Position numbers and translations under genes: made by a program
The notes under the pieces: model-generated
Databases searched by the model: none
What the model was told of the DNA's origin: nothing
Seen by the model: only the letters and a program-made list of their open reading frames with translations
Assembly: GCA_963749495.1 (NCBI GenBank)
Contig: CAVVMW010000006.1
Coordinates: forward strand, 640,001 to 704,000
Direction: 5' to 3'
DNA length: 64,000 nt
Source: an uncultured bacterium
GTDB lineage: Bacteria > Verrucomicrobiota > Verrucomicrobiia > Limisphaerales > UBA8199
Shown: positions 11,746 through 22,692 of the stretch, piece after piece
How the letters are laid out: every line of letters starts with the position of its first letter
Numbering within the stretch: the stretch's first letter is position 1

Positions 11746-11874
11746 CGGCAATTCTTTTGGGGCCCTGCGGCATAAATGCGGCGTCCCGGCCGGGTTCGGG
11801 ACGCCGCATTTATGCGGCAGCGAGGCGCCGAAGCGAGAATGGCCGGGCTGCGAAAGCCAAAATGAGAATTGCTG
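11746..11874. mobile_element. ~130-bp MITE/REP-like element, copy 1
   Basis: Ends cggcaattct...agaattgctg; internal palindrome gcataaatgcggcgtccc...gggacgccgcatttatgc; second copy at 29441-29572. Confidence 0.75.
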
Positions 11875-12024
11875 TTCCGTCTCAGGCAAGTCTGGCAATA
11901 TGAGCGTCACCATCCCATATTACGGCTCCCGACGCGAAAAAGTCAAACGGGTCGGGCGCGCCGGTCGGGCACGCCGGTCGGGCACGCCGGCGTTCAGGCC
12001 GAAGGCCTGGTTCATACCAGCCCA

Positions 12025-13078
12025 GAGACCCAGGCAGGCGTTGTTTGTTCCCTTCCGGGATTGTATCTATGCCGATGCAACCGCAATGAAATGGGGCTGC
12101 CCCAATGCCGGCCAGCCCCCCCCGGATCGCTGAGCGGCTTTGTTTTCCGCGTATTCCGCGTATTCCGCGGTTGCCCTCAGGTGCCATGGCCGGCGAGGCT
12201 AGCAAAGCTCCGAAGAAGAATGAACCATCGAGTAGAGCAGAGGCGCGAACATGATTAGGCCAATGACTTCCAGTGTATCGGCCCTTTCGGGCATCGTGGC
12301 AAACGGTCATCAGGCCATTCACTTCGTTTCCTCTGCCCCCTCTAAAATTCCGTACGGTGGGTTTTCCCCAGTACCGGCTTCAAACCCGCCTGACGCCACG
12401 GCCACCTTCGCGGGCGTGCTACCGCCCGCTTATAGGCCGTCACCGTCGGTATCTCCGTCCCCGGCGGTTGTTCCGTAGTCGGACTTGCGTCCAAGCGGCA
12501 CCGAGAACTTCTGACCACGACCGCGGGTCCAGTGGCCCTTGGCTCCCCAACCGGTTGTGCTGTCCGGTCGGCTCGTCGCTTACTATGGCCACATGTGCGC
12601 CTCTGTTGGCCACCCAGCGGCTTATGCATTATTCCGCCAGGCTGCGGGACCAACCCGCCAGCCCCAGAGGGTCCCCAATTTACTCTGCCAGTCCTTTCAC
12701 CCCATGCCGCCGCCCGTACTCCGGTGACTCCAACGATTGCCTGCGACGATGCCTTCATCGTTGGTTGTGCCTTCGCCGTTTTCGCACCGGTTCGGCAGTC
12801 ACAAATCCCACGAATCCGGAACCCGTGGGTAGCGTAACGAAGCTGCAGCTTTCGCTTTATGCTACGGCCTGGAGGTGTTGCTCGCCCTGCTCCGGCCAGG
12901 ACTTTTACGACCGAGCTTTCGCGGGTCGGGTCGCCCCTTCCCGTGTCGGTTATCACTGTATGGTTCATCGTCAGTTACCATCGCCGGACTTCCACCGGCT
13001 GGACTGGCAGCCTTATGGGCTGCGAGCGAAATACGCGGAAATGAACACGTCTAATGGTTACTATTTTGTCCCGCACCC
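12025..13078 (-). mobile_element. Non-autonomous element with a GGGTGCG..ACAAAA end (inverted, truncated relative of 24443-25044), interrupted by a group II intron
   Basis: 12025-12190 and 13031-13078 are reverse-complement matches to 24685-25012 (minus the inner MITE) and 24443-24490. Confidence 0.8.
12227..13027 (-). ncRNA. ORF-less group II intron, ~800 nt (boundaries +/-3 nt)
   Basis: Minus strand: DV-like gaagccggtactggggaaaacccaccgtacggaattttagaggggg; DVI gcagagg...cctctgctctactcgat; 5' end gctcgcagcccataaggctgccagtccagccggtggaagtccggc; flanks rejoin to the sequence at 24476-24519; no RT ORF. Confidence 0.85.
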
Positions 13079-13084
13079 TTCGAC

Positions 13085-13537
13085 TGACAGCACGGGCGGG
13101 GCAGCCACAATGGGACCCTGCCGCGCCACGTAGACCGCCTGGATTTCCCTAAGACCCTGGCCGAGGCTTGCCAGAAATCGGGCTGGCAGGTCCATGGCTA
13201 CTGCCTGATGCGCAACCACTGCCATCTGGTCGTGGAGAGGCCCAACGCGAACCTGGTGGCGCGGATGGCGTGGCTACAAAGAGAAGGAGATCGCCGGTCG
13301 GCTGCATCTGGGCACGGCGCGGAGCGCGAGCGCCCGCTTGCACACCGCGATGCGGCGCCAGACTCCCGCTGCCTCAGCCCAAGGCCACTTGCCAATGTGA
13401 GAGAAAACGTGCTTTGTAAAGGCTTGACCCCTTTCCTTGGTCATCCGGCGCACGTTGTCGTAACTGAAACAGATGCCCTTGTTGAGCCGGTCCAAAGTGC
13501 CAATTGTCCAAATGACAAGTCCTGACCCCAATGGTTT
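13085..13537 (+). pseudogene. Decayed Y1 HUH (RAYT-like) transposase remnant with a family-B end (ggcttgacccctttcc) and a family-A end (tgtccaaatgacaagtcctgaccccaatgg)
   Basis: Translates to FPKTLAEACQKSGWQVHGYCLMRNHCHLVVERPNANLV (HUH motif). Block 13261-13537 is repeated at 19303-19564. Confidence 0.8.
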
Positions 13538-13820
13538 ACGAGAGCGCCAGTTTCCCCCTGCTCAGGGCCATGAGGAAACAAACACCCAAGGATCCGGCCC
13601 AAGATTGTCCGGGAGTTTGAAGTGGCATTGGCAAAATAGAGGCTTGACCCCCACTGTGCCCTTGAACCCAACGCAGACTGCCAGGAAAAACAGCGGTCCC
13701 ATCCTCGTTCTATTCACCGCCGCCATTCAGGTCCTTCGGGTTAACCAGCCGGACATCGGGCTGAGAAAGCCGGCGCCGGACGGATCCGGCGCCAGCAGTT
13801 TCGACATCTAACAACGTTCG

Positions 13821-15888
13821 TCACGGACCGACCACAACCGAGGAGCTGGTGTTCGCCTTGATGCTCGTGGCTGTAGTATCGGTGGCCGTAATCGTCCAAG
13901 TGCCCGTGACTCCAAAGTAGAAGTAATTGTTGCTTGTACCTCGAGAAGGTTATGGTCCCGTTTGCCAGCGGGGCATCGGTTGGCAGACTGGCGAAGCTAT
14001 CGTTCGAGGTAATGTCCACCGTGTCCGAGCAAGTGGTGGCAATGTGCCACGTGGCATCGCAGGCATTGACGGTGACGTCAAACGGGGTGCCCGCTGTCTG
14101 CGGAAGGGGCGTGCCGATCTTGCCCGAGGCGGTGCCTGGCGCGTTGGTCTCGCCGGGGACCAATACCTGCAGTTGTGTGGCAACCCGCTTAACCAGAGCA
14201 AAGAACGCCGTGTTACCCGGTGGCAGATCGCTAGTGCTAACCAACTGCTGACTGAGCGCCTGCTGACTGGCATTAATCGTCGGAATGGCGGCATAGGTCT
14301 TGACATCGTTCCAAACCGCGTTGGCCCCCAGGCTGCTGCTCTCTACCAGGGAGAACCCGGCTGCCGGAAGCGTCCATCCCACCCAGTAGGGCGCGCTCGA
14401 AGGCACAAGGAGCACACTGCCGCGGCCGATCGAAAAAGAAGCGTTCCAGATATTAGTGTTCAACGAGGTATCAGCCAAGAAATTATCGCTGACGGCCGAC
14501 GGCACATTGGATATGGCGAAGCTCGAATAAACCACCGCTTGACCGAGGGCGCTGGTGGTGTTTGCCACCATGCCCAGATATACATTGAAGCCGTTCGTTT
14601 CGGCAAACTTGGTCACGTTGTAAAGAGGGAAGATGAAGCTGCCCGTCGTGCCATCGGGGGCGATCAGCGTGAAGTTTGTGTCGGAGGTGAACTGGACGGT
14701 CCAAGTGCCTAAAAGCCCCGCGCTCTGGACGTTGCCCAAATAGCCGCTCTCTAAATAGTTCGCGGTGACCCCATCCCAGCTTCCCGGGGCATTGGTGAAG
14801 GCGGCGCCACCCCAGAACATCTGGTTGTCATTCGCATCATTGACCTTGTATTCGAACTGCATTTCGCCGCCGCCGTTGCCCGTGCTTACGACCGATACGA
14901 CGGCGCAATTCGGTTCAGTCCAGTCCGGCGCGTTTTCCTCAGCGGACGCATTCGGAGCCAGAAACAACTGGGCCGCAGTATTGTAAGCGACGTTTGTGCC
15001 GGCCGGAAAGCCCTTTATCGTATAAGAGTAGCTGACCGGATTGGCGGCGCTAGCGCGGCCCACCCAGGACAGTCCATTGGTCGCGACCAGCATCACCTCC
15101 TGGCGGTCCCAGACGGAATTCTGTTGCGTAGTGGCAAATGCGTTAAGTCCCTGAACCGCTTTGACCAGCGGCGTCATCGTCGGCGGCGGGATGACGCCTG
15201 CGCCCACGAGTTGGACATTATCAATCCAGAAATCCGAGCAGGCCGGAGGGTTGTTGGGGTACCAGTCATAAAAACCCCAGGCCGTGCCATTAGGAGGCGG
15301 AGCCTTGGCATCGTTGAAGTCAAAGGTGTTCGGTATCGGGATGGAAATTTGCTGCCAGCCCTGCTTGGCAGGAATCGGGACACTGCCGATTTGGGCGCTG
15401 TCATAATTCCAGGAATAAAGATAGATGGGGATGTCGACGTTAGAAGAGGTGTTGATGTTGACCAATATGTCAAAGCTCAGGGCGGAGTACCGAGAGAAGT
15501 CCACTGCACTGCTTTGGTTCGCACCCAACCAAGTGTTATAGCCGACGTTGGGACTAATAAAGTCGCCGAGGCAGATATTGGCGGCTCCGGCGGGGGCGTT
15601 CGAGGCAGTGTTCCCAGGCAGGAAAATAGTGACATGGATGGAGCCGGGGATGCTGCTGCTGGAAGAGACCGTTGGATCAAACACCTCGGTAGCGATGCCG
15701 TCGGCCCCTTGATACCCATGCCAAAACGTGCCCCAGTCGAGGGTAGTGTCAGTCGGGTCGCCACCAGGTTGGATGGCGCCGGGGGGCAGGGCGATGGTGG
15801 CGGTTTGGGCGTTTGCTGCGTCAGGCCAGCAAGCCAGCGTCAAGCCGAACACGACGCTGAGAAGTGTTAATGATCGTGCTGTTTTCAT
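13821..15888 (-). CDS. Secreted beta-rich protein with CBM-like N-terminal domain, frameshift near 13935
   Basis: Signal peptide MKTARSLTLL...; DFSRYSALSFDI...GWQQISIP...FWIDNVQL; C-terminus continues in another frame to TSSSVVVGP* at 13821. Confidence 0.75.
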
Positions 15889-16548
15889 AACAGATTAGGT
15901 TGATGGTTTTTGGTGTGGTTTAGGCGAAGCAGGGGAGAATGGTTGGCGGCTGGAGGGAGGTCCAGTTCGTGCTCAGACCCGAAGCCGGGGAAGTCAAGGC
16001 CATTCTCTTTGGAGGCCATGCTATAGAGCGAGCCAGCGCCCGCCTTGCCAGTGCCAAAAGCCCGGACTTCATCTGTCTATGCATTGTTATAGTCGGCGAA
16101 TTATCCTTAGATGATCGGACAGTTGCCGACGACGTTAGGTCTTCACCTTACATTCCAACCAAGGAGTGATTTTATAGAGGAAGCCCAACTCTATGCTCTC
16201 CATTTCTTGTCAAATACTAACCGCTTTTTGCCCCATACCCATTCTGTCAAATCTTCCGGCCTGCCAAACATCGAACCGGCATCCGCATCCTTCCGCCTGG
16301 AAGCGCCTAGCGTCGTGTGGCCCTAAACTCCCGGAGTCGAGTTGGCGTTGATGGCCTTGGGGCTTGAGATTATCTGCGCCCCACCCAGCCTCCCCTCATA
16401 ATCGGTCAGGACGCGGTTGATGTCGTAGCAAAGGTCGGTGGCGATTAGCACTTCAGCTTGAAATCGAGGCCGCCAATTATGTGAAGGACCTCCCGGGCAC
16501 GACGCCTTGCCCTCCTTCGGCGGCCTTCTCCTGGCCAGCGTGTCACCC

Positions 16549-16683
16549 TCAGCACAAAGTGAGCAGCACGAAGAGCAACACCTCACAGTCCGTCGTGAAT
16601 CGCTGCGTTCGGGTGCTCGTGTCAATCACCAGGTCGAAGCTCTGGCCGCAAAAAGGGCACTGAATGGTCTCGGTGACTTCCAT
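16549..16683 (-). pseudogene. CPXCG cysteine-rich gene 5' part fused to the 3' end of a membrane-protein gene (deleted copy of 21969-22574)
   Basis: MEVTETIQCPFCGQSFDLVIDTSTRTQRFTTDCEV joined to LLFVLLTLC*. Confidence 0.8.
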
Positions 16684-16694
16684 GTTTGGTCGTC

Positions 16695-16750
16695 ATTGAT
16701 AACAAATTGGTTTTTTGCGCGCCCGCACGTACTGAACGCTGCGCGGGTCA
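16695..16750 (-). repeat. oriIS-like ~55-bp hairpin motif, diverged copy
   Basis: ttgataacaaattggttttttgcgcgccc...acgctgcgcgggtca; similar to 23965-24018 and 26363-26416. Confidence 0.65.
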
Positions 16751-17297
16751 GATGTGATAGGACGCTACTGTCATTTACCTCGGCCCAAAGGATGTCTTTG
16801 CTTTCCACCGCTTCACGCACAGCAACCCGAGCCTTGCTCACAGCATCGCAAATGAATCGCGACACTTGCTCTGCCCTATCCCAATCCTCAATTAGCTTAA
16901 GCGGGATTGGATAGTCCATCTTATCACACTTGACTGCCGATGCCGCCGCGCCGCTATCATTTTGGTTTGGCGTTTCCGCAGCGGAAGGCGGCGGCATCGG
17001 TGTGGGCATAGGACTCCGAGCTTGGACCTCGGAGCGAATAGCGGCAGCCGTCACCGGGCCGGCCTTGGAAACAGAGGCGATGACGGCCGCTTGGTCGCTG
17101 GCGGGAGCCTGAGAAAGCTCTCGCACCTGGCCCTCGTTGGCAACAATTGTTGCCAAAGGTGGGGGCAGTGCGGCCACAGTCTTAGCTGCCGAGATGGTAT
17201 AGTTAGCATATGCCCTGGTCCACCCCCACCTCTCCCGGCAGTAATCCTCGAATGTGGCATAGTTGGCGCGATACAATCGGAACTCGCGGGTTTCCGC
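16751..17297 (-). pseudogene. Fragment of a phage/ICE-type DNA-binding protein
   Basis: LYRANYATFEDYCRERWGWTRAYANYTISAA and NEGQVREL; no clear start; 3' end runs into the oriIS-like motif. Confidence 0.6.
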
Positions 17298-17314
17298 TAA
17301 AATTGATAAGAAAT

Positions 17315-18773
17315 CACTGCCATCCCATAGAAATCTGAAAAAAACGGTTGGAATGTTTCAGGAAACGTGCCACAAGGCAGGCGAATGAAATACCAAAACG
17401 TTCCAACCGCGTCAAACTTCACCGTTCTCCGTCAGCTTTGCAACTACATTCCGCCGCACTTGGTGCCCAAGTTAGCTCGGGAGACCGGCGTCGATGAGAA
17501 GACGCGCACCTTTGATGAGTGGAGTCACATCGTCAGTCTTTGCTACGCGCAGGTGACCCATAGCATCGGCCTCAATGATGTGTGCGATGCCCTGCAACTG
17601 AATTCGGGGCCCTCTCGGCGCTTCGGGGTGCGACGCCGCCGACGCGCAACAATCTGTCGCACGCGAACAAAGTGCGCGATGCGGTGATGGCCGAGAAGCT
17701 CTTCTGGGCAGTGTATGCCTATTTGGGGGACCTATCGCCCAAGTTTGTCTCTGGCAAGTCGGCGAAGCGGTTTGCCCGCCGATTCAAGCGGACGATTCAC
17801 CTGGTCGACTCGACGACGATTGAATTGATCGCCTCCTGCATGGACTGGGCCAAGCACCGGCGGCGCAAGGCCGCAGCCAAGTGCCATTTGCGCTTAGACC
17901 TGCAAAGTTTTCTGCCGCGCTTTGCGATTATCGACACCGCGCGGGAGGCCGACGCGAAACGAGCCCGGGAACTCTGCGCCGGGATTAAGGACGGCGAAAT
18001 CGTCATATTTGACAAGGCTTACATCGACTTTGAGCATCTCTACGATCTGGAGCTCCGCGGGGTAGTGTGGGTCACGCGGGCCAAGGAGAACCTGCAATAC
18101 GAGGTGGTCCAAGCCTACCCGGTGAAGGCGGGCGGCAAGGTGGTCTCCGACGAACTGGTCGGGCTGAAGAATCCGACCTCGCAAAAGGCCTACCCCGCGC
18201 TCATGCGGCGGATCGTCGCTTGGGTTGAAGTGGATGGCAAAGAGCGACTGATGACCTTCCTGACCAACCAGTTGACCTGGAGTCCCGAGAGCGTGGTGGA
18301 GTTGTACCGCTGCCGCTGGCAGATCGAAGTCTTCTTCAAGCAGATCAAAGGGACGCTGCAGTTGGCGGATTTCCTGGGCACCAGCGCCAACGCGGTACGG
18401 TGGCAGGTTTGGACGGCACTCTTAGTCTATTTATTGCTGCGCTACTTGGCTTTCCTCTCGGACTGGGCCCACAGCTTTAGCCGGTTGTTTGCCGTCGTAC
18501 GCACTGGTCTGTGGCGCAAATGGGACTTACTCAAGCTCCTAGCACGCTATGGGACAGCCGGGGGCAGCTTCCGATACCTGGCACGGCCAGAACAAGCATT
18601 TTTCCCTGGATTTGTCTAAAGCTGTGGGACAGCCGAGTTTCCCCGGCACGCGCAACCCACACCACCTACCAAAATGACCTGAAATTCTTAAAGTGCTTCC
18701 GCCGTGGCCCGTTGAATTCCTTCGGAAAACCGCAGGATTAGGGTGGGGTTTTGTCCCTTATGGGATGCCAGTG
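17315..18773 (+). mobile_element. IS4-family insertion sequence, 1459 bp
   Basis: TIRs cactgccatcccata / tatgggatgccagtg; direct repeat aaat at 17311-17314 and 18774-18777. Confidence 0.92.
17385..18619 (+). CDS. IS4-family DDE transposase (DUF4372-type N-terminus), frameshift near 17610
   Basis: VDSTTI, IFDKAYIDF, and YRCRWQIEVFFKQIK (YREK-like). Confidence 0.92.
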
Positions 18774-18775
18774 AA

Positions 18776-19009
18776 ATGAAAACCATTCCTTATCGTTGCG
18801 ACGACTCCAGGCACAAGGCGCTGCTTGGAGTGGCGCGTTCCACCGGAACGAGCGTGCAAAGATTGTTTGATAATTTTGTCACTCACGTCATCGCTGAACG
18901 TCAGCCGGAAGCCCGTTTTTTGGCCCGCCAGAAGCGCGGGCATCCGGAACGGGGACAGAAGATGCTCGCCGAAATTCGCCGGCGCATCGCCTCTCGCGGG
19001 AGGACCTAA
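18776..19009 (+). CDS. Ribbon-helix-helix / HicB-like antitoxin, orphan
   Basis: MKTIPYRCDDSRHKALLGVARSTGTSVQRLF...EARFLARQKRGHPERG. Confidence 0.6.
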   Translation: MKTIPYRCDDSRHKALLGVARSTGTSVQRLFDNFVTHVIAERQPEARFLARQKRGHPERGQKMLAEIRRRIASRGRT

Positions 19010-19302
19010 CCACGTGCGTGCGGGGCTGAAAATGACCTTGCCAGGGCTGCCGCCAGGTTTCGGCCCTTCCCCCTCGCTGTCGGCGGGGTGATTGACCCGC
19101 CACTCAACCATGCGGTGCTGGACCAGCCAGGAATTGACGCACTGGTTCAACGAGGCCGCTGGCGTATTCTTCGTGTAAACCCAGCGAACCCGGCACGGCC
19201 AATGGCCGGCGCGGGCACACGCCGGCCAACGCAGCCATCTCCGCAGCCGACTTGCGTGGAGTGTCATCGCAACAACCATAGCATAAACCGGGTGTTCAGG
19301 TC

Positions 19303-19564
19303 GCGGGGATGGCGTGGCTACAAAGAGAAGGAGATCGCCGGTCGGCTGCATCTGGGCACGGCGCGGAGCGCGAGCGCCCGCTTGCACACCGCGATGCGGC
19401 GCCAGACTGCCGCTGACTCAGCCCAAGGCCACTTGCCAATGTGAGAGAAAACGTGCTTTGTAAAGACTTGACCCCTTTCCCGTTGTCGTAACTGAAACAG
19501 ATGGACTTGTTGAGCCGGTCCAAAGTGCCAATTGTCCACATGACAAGACATGACCCCAATGGTT
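19303..19564 (+). repeat. Direct repeat of 13261-13537 (Y1 transposase tail plus family-B and family-A ends)
   Basis: ggatggcgtggctacaaagagaaggagatcgcc...cttgacccctttcc...gtgccaattgtcca.atgacaag.c.tgaccccaatggtt. Confidence 0.9.
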
Positions 19565-19620
19565 GCAGCAGTAGTAGAGGCCAGCGTTACCAGTGATTTG
19601 GGGTTGCGGGGCATGCCCAG

Positions 19621-20214
19621 CTATTTTGCGTTTCTGATTTGTTGAATGACTTCCTCCACTTCCCCTCTATACTCTTCGTTACCGGTGCGGTGACTATAAT
19701 GTGGCACCCTCCATACGGCATACTTCATGCCTAGGTTTCTATTAGCAATTTCAAATGCATCACGTCCGAACACTATCAGGATCGGCCGTTCAACCCCAAG
19801 GTCCCTCACCTCGGCGTCAAACGAAGCGATATTCTCCTTTTCAAAGCTCCTATGCTGTCTCAGGTATGCCATCATCTTGCCGGAGACCTTTTCCTCGAAG
19901 TCCTTGATGATGTCCGTCATGTAAGCGCCCCATAGTGCAGTTCCTTTGAGGGCATATCGAATCTTGTAGTCCATGGAGCCGGGTCGCTTATCATGGAAAT
20001 TGCCAAACGCGAATTCAATGAGGCGGGAGATGTTCAGGCCGACCAACACTATACGTGGGTTTAGCTCCTGAAGCAGCGCATCGCCTTCTTGGACATCGAA
20101 CATGCTGAGGTCGCCAACGTTCTCTTTGGGTCTGCCGCCGTCCGCCCACACTGCCCAACTCGCATAATTACCGTGGTTCTCCTTGATTCGCTTGAATGTG
20201 GCATAGTCAATCAT
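19621..20214 (-). CDS. Hypothetical protein, uracil-DNA glycosylase-like fold suspected
   Basis: Motif order VLVGLNIS, AYMTDIIK, LIVFGRDA, VPHYS; lower GC than the core genes. Confidence 0.6.
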   Translation of the reverse strand: MIDYATFKRIKENHGNYASWAVWADGGRPKENVGDLSMFDVQEGDALLQELNPRIVLVGLNISRLIEFAFGNFHDKRPGSMDYKIRYALKGTALWGAYMTDIIKDFEEKVSGKMMAYLRQHRSFEKENIASFDAEVRDLGVERPILIVFGRDAFEIANRNLGMKYAVWRVPHYSHRTGNEEYRGEVEEVIQQIRNAK

Positions 20215-20309
20215 ACTTGCACAGAACCATTGATCATGGCGCCTTGCCTCCCCAGCACGCCCCCGAATCACTTTGACAGCCTACTCCACCTCCGCGCCAT
20301 ATTGTGTCC

Positions 20310-21026
20310 CTAATACCATCTCGTCTTCATTCGGCCTCTCGATAGGCTTACGCTGTCAAAATAAATCCTGACGTCCGAGCCGCACTTGCAGGGATTATCC
20401 GGGCATCTTGATGGAGAACCGTAATAAGCATAGGCTCGATACTCCCATTCACCTTGGGCATCGGAGTAAAAGTTTAGTGCGTAAGACTGCCAGCCTTTAC
20501 GTGACAGATCACTTACCCTCACGTAGCATTGCTGCACAAGCGCCTGCGGGCGCTCATGGCCCGTCTTGTCTATTATATCAACGGTCTTGTTGACATCGAG
20601 TTTCAAAATGACGTAATCATTCAGGATGTCTTCCGGACTTGTGAAACCCAGCCCGAGAATTCTAAATGTTGCTCTGTAGGTACCGGGTTCCGGGAAGTCG
20701 TTTGTGTAAGGACCATAGAAAACGGCATCTCCCCTGGATGGTATCGGAGAGGCGTTCCCCGAAGCCTCTATGGGGTATAGTTTTCGGTCGAACTGCCACA
20801 CAGGATGGCCGACATCAAATCCATCGACTGTGGGAACGTAGCGACCGCATAGGCATCTGAATTCTCCTTCGACAAGTGGGCTGTCGCTTGTGACGGTCTT
20901 CGTAGCACAGCGATACTCCCTAAGTAGTTGTGATCGGTTTGACCTGTATTCAGCCAGCGTCCGCAGGGCCGAAACGAGCGCCGCACCGCAAAATCCACCG
21001 AAAACAGCATAGAACCCACCATTCAT
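20310..21026 (-). CDS. Hypothetical protein with N-terminal TM helix and beta-sandwich-like domain
   Basis: 238-aa ORF, hydrophobic N-terminus, FYGPYTNDFPEPGTYRATFRI; lower GC. Confidence 0.7.
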   Translation of the reverse strand: MNGGFYAVFGGFCGAALVSALRTLAEYRSNRSQLLREYRCATKTVTSDSPLVEGEFRCLCGRYVPTVDGFDVGHPVWQFDRKLYPIEASGNASPIPSRGDAVFYGPYTNDFPEPGTYRATFRILGLGFTSPEDILNDYVILKLDVNKTVDIIDKTGHERPQALVQQCYVRVSDLSRKGWQSYALNFYSDAQGEWEYRAYAYYGSPSRCPDNPCKCGSDVRIYFDSVSLSRGRMKTRWY

Positions 21027-21092
21027 GGGCGCATCTTAGAATCTCTCCGGGTCCTGTCAAGTCCCAATTCCAGGCCGCCTCAACACCTCGGA

Positions 21093-21845
21093 AAACCATT
21101 GGGGTCATGTCTTGTCATTTGGACAATTGGCACTTGACGCCGGGGTTCCGGGATGCTTCCATTGGCCCATGGCACGCGCGTTGCGCATCGAAGGGACGGG
21201 CGGGCGGTATCCCGTCACCGCCTGCGGCAACGAACGCGAGGACATCTTCCGTGATGACGCACACCATTTCCATTTTTTCGTATCCCGGTTAGGCCGGCTA
21301 CCGGCCGCCGCTGGCGTGGGTGTGGCGCGGGCCGCTGGCCCGGTTATGTGGCGGCAACAGACCCCAGGAGCAGTGCGCGGCGATTCGGAACGACACTGAA
21401 GGGGCGCTGCGCCAGGGCGGCGTCGAGCCACCTTGGGCGCGCGTGGCGGGCGGCCTGGCGCTCGGGAGCGAGGCTTTCGCGCTGCGACTGAGGGGCGAAG
21501 CCCGCGGCAACCCGCGTGAGCAAGCATGGCTCCGGAGCGCTCCCGAGGCGTCGGCCTGGCGGAGGATCCTCTCCGCCTTGGAGCGAGCCAAGGGCGAACG
21601 CTGGAGCAGCTTCGCCGAACGGCATGGCGACTGGGGCCGCAACGCGGCGCTGTGGCTGGGGCGGCGAACCGCCCGTTTTCATTTAGCCGAGCTGGGCAAG
21701 TTAGCTGGTGGTTTGGACTACGCCGGAGTGAGCAAAGCCCTCGCCCGCTTTGGCCGGCGCCTCGAAGCCGATCCCCGCCTGCGAGAAGAAATAGCCGCAA
21801 TCCAGGACCGATTGTCCAAATGACAAGTCATGACCCCAATGGTTT
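21093..21845 (+). mobile_element. Family-A inverted-repeat unit enclosing an internally deleted Y1 transposase
   Basis: aaccattggggtcatgtcttgtcatttggacaat ... attgtccaaatgacaagtcatgaccccaatggtt; MARALRIEGTGGRYPVTACGNEREDIFRDD and an HTH-like C-terminus. Confidence 0.85.
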
Positions 21846-21968
21846 TCTAGTGGCGGGGAATCATCAGTTTTCTGGTCGGTTATTGTAAGAAAGTCGAGGC
21901 CGGCAATTATATGAATGGCCACGCCAAGGTCGCTGGCTCCGGCACCGTCTCCTTGGCCGCCGTCACTC

Positions 21969-22283
21969 TCAGCAAAGAGCCAACAGCATGAACAGCAAAA
22001 CCCCCAACAACGCCGCGGCCAGCCCGAAAGCTGCGGCCTTATTGTGTCTGTCCCTCAGGAGCCCGATGGCACTCAGCAGCACACCAGCCGGAATCGTCAG
22101 GAACAGGGCCAGCCCGCCAAGGGCTGTAATGGGGGAACCTCAGCCAGAAGGTCGAAAGACGAGCATGATGGCCAAGCCTGCTAACGAATAGATGGAAAAG
22201 GCAAGACCAATTCGCCCCAACGCCTCTCTTCGGCGTGGTCGCAGTCCAGCAATGACCGGCGGTGCATTCTCTGGTTCACTCAT
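21969..22283 (-). pseudogene. Small multi-TM membrane protein with an in-frame TGA at 22140-22142
   Basis: MSEPENAPP...LVFRPSG*GSPITALGGLALFLTIPAG...LLFMLLALC* in one frame. Confidence 0.65.
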
Positions 22284-22391
22284 GAGACCGACGACTTTTG
22301 CGTTAGCGGAGAAGATACTGCGCTCGCTCAAGTGTCGAGTCAAAACAAAAATGCTGGGCCAAATCGGATGGGAGGAAGATCAGGCAAACAC

Positions 22392-22574
22392 TCACCCCTG
22401 TCCCTGCACCCCCACGCTCAGGACCTCCCCCGGCTCACATTCCGCAACCACCTCAAACGGCCGGCAGCACACCTCGCAATCCGTCGTAAACCGCTGCGTT
22501 GGGGTGCTCGCGTCGATGACCAAGTCGAAGCTCTGGCCGCAATAGGGGCACTGACGGGTCTTGCTGATTTCCAT
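22392..22574 (-). CDS. CPXCG-motif cysteine-rich protein
   Basis: MEISKTRQCPYCGQSFDLVID...DCEVCCRP. Confidence 0.9.
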   Translation of the reverse strand: MEISKTRQCPYCGQSFDLVIDASTPTQRFTTDCEVCCRPFEVVAECEPGEVLSVGVQGQG

Positions 22575-22692
22575 ATTCTGCTGTACTAAAAGCAACAGTC
22601 GACCAAGCCGCAGGGAATTCAACAGTTTCGACTAAGCCCATAAAGAAAAGGACAGGGTTTTCGGTTTGACATAGCCGTTCTCTGCTGCCAAC

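Noticed and set aside
12273..13133. 286-aa and 208-aa ORFs over the ORF-less intron
   Set aside because: They overlap structured intron RNA and carry no RT or other motifs.
17367..17690. Programmed frameshift in the IS4 transposase
   Set aside because: Not typical of IS4, no slippery A-run, and one missing C in a homopolymer explains it.
22140..22142. Selenocysteine or recoded TGA
   Set aside because: No redox motif or evident SECIS, and TGA is a normal stop elsewhere in the window; a TGG-to-TGA change or an error is simpler.
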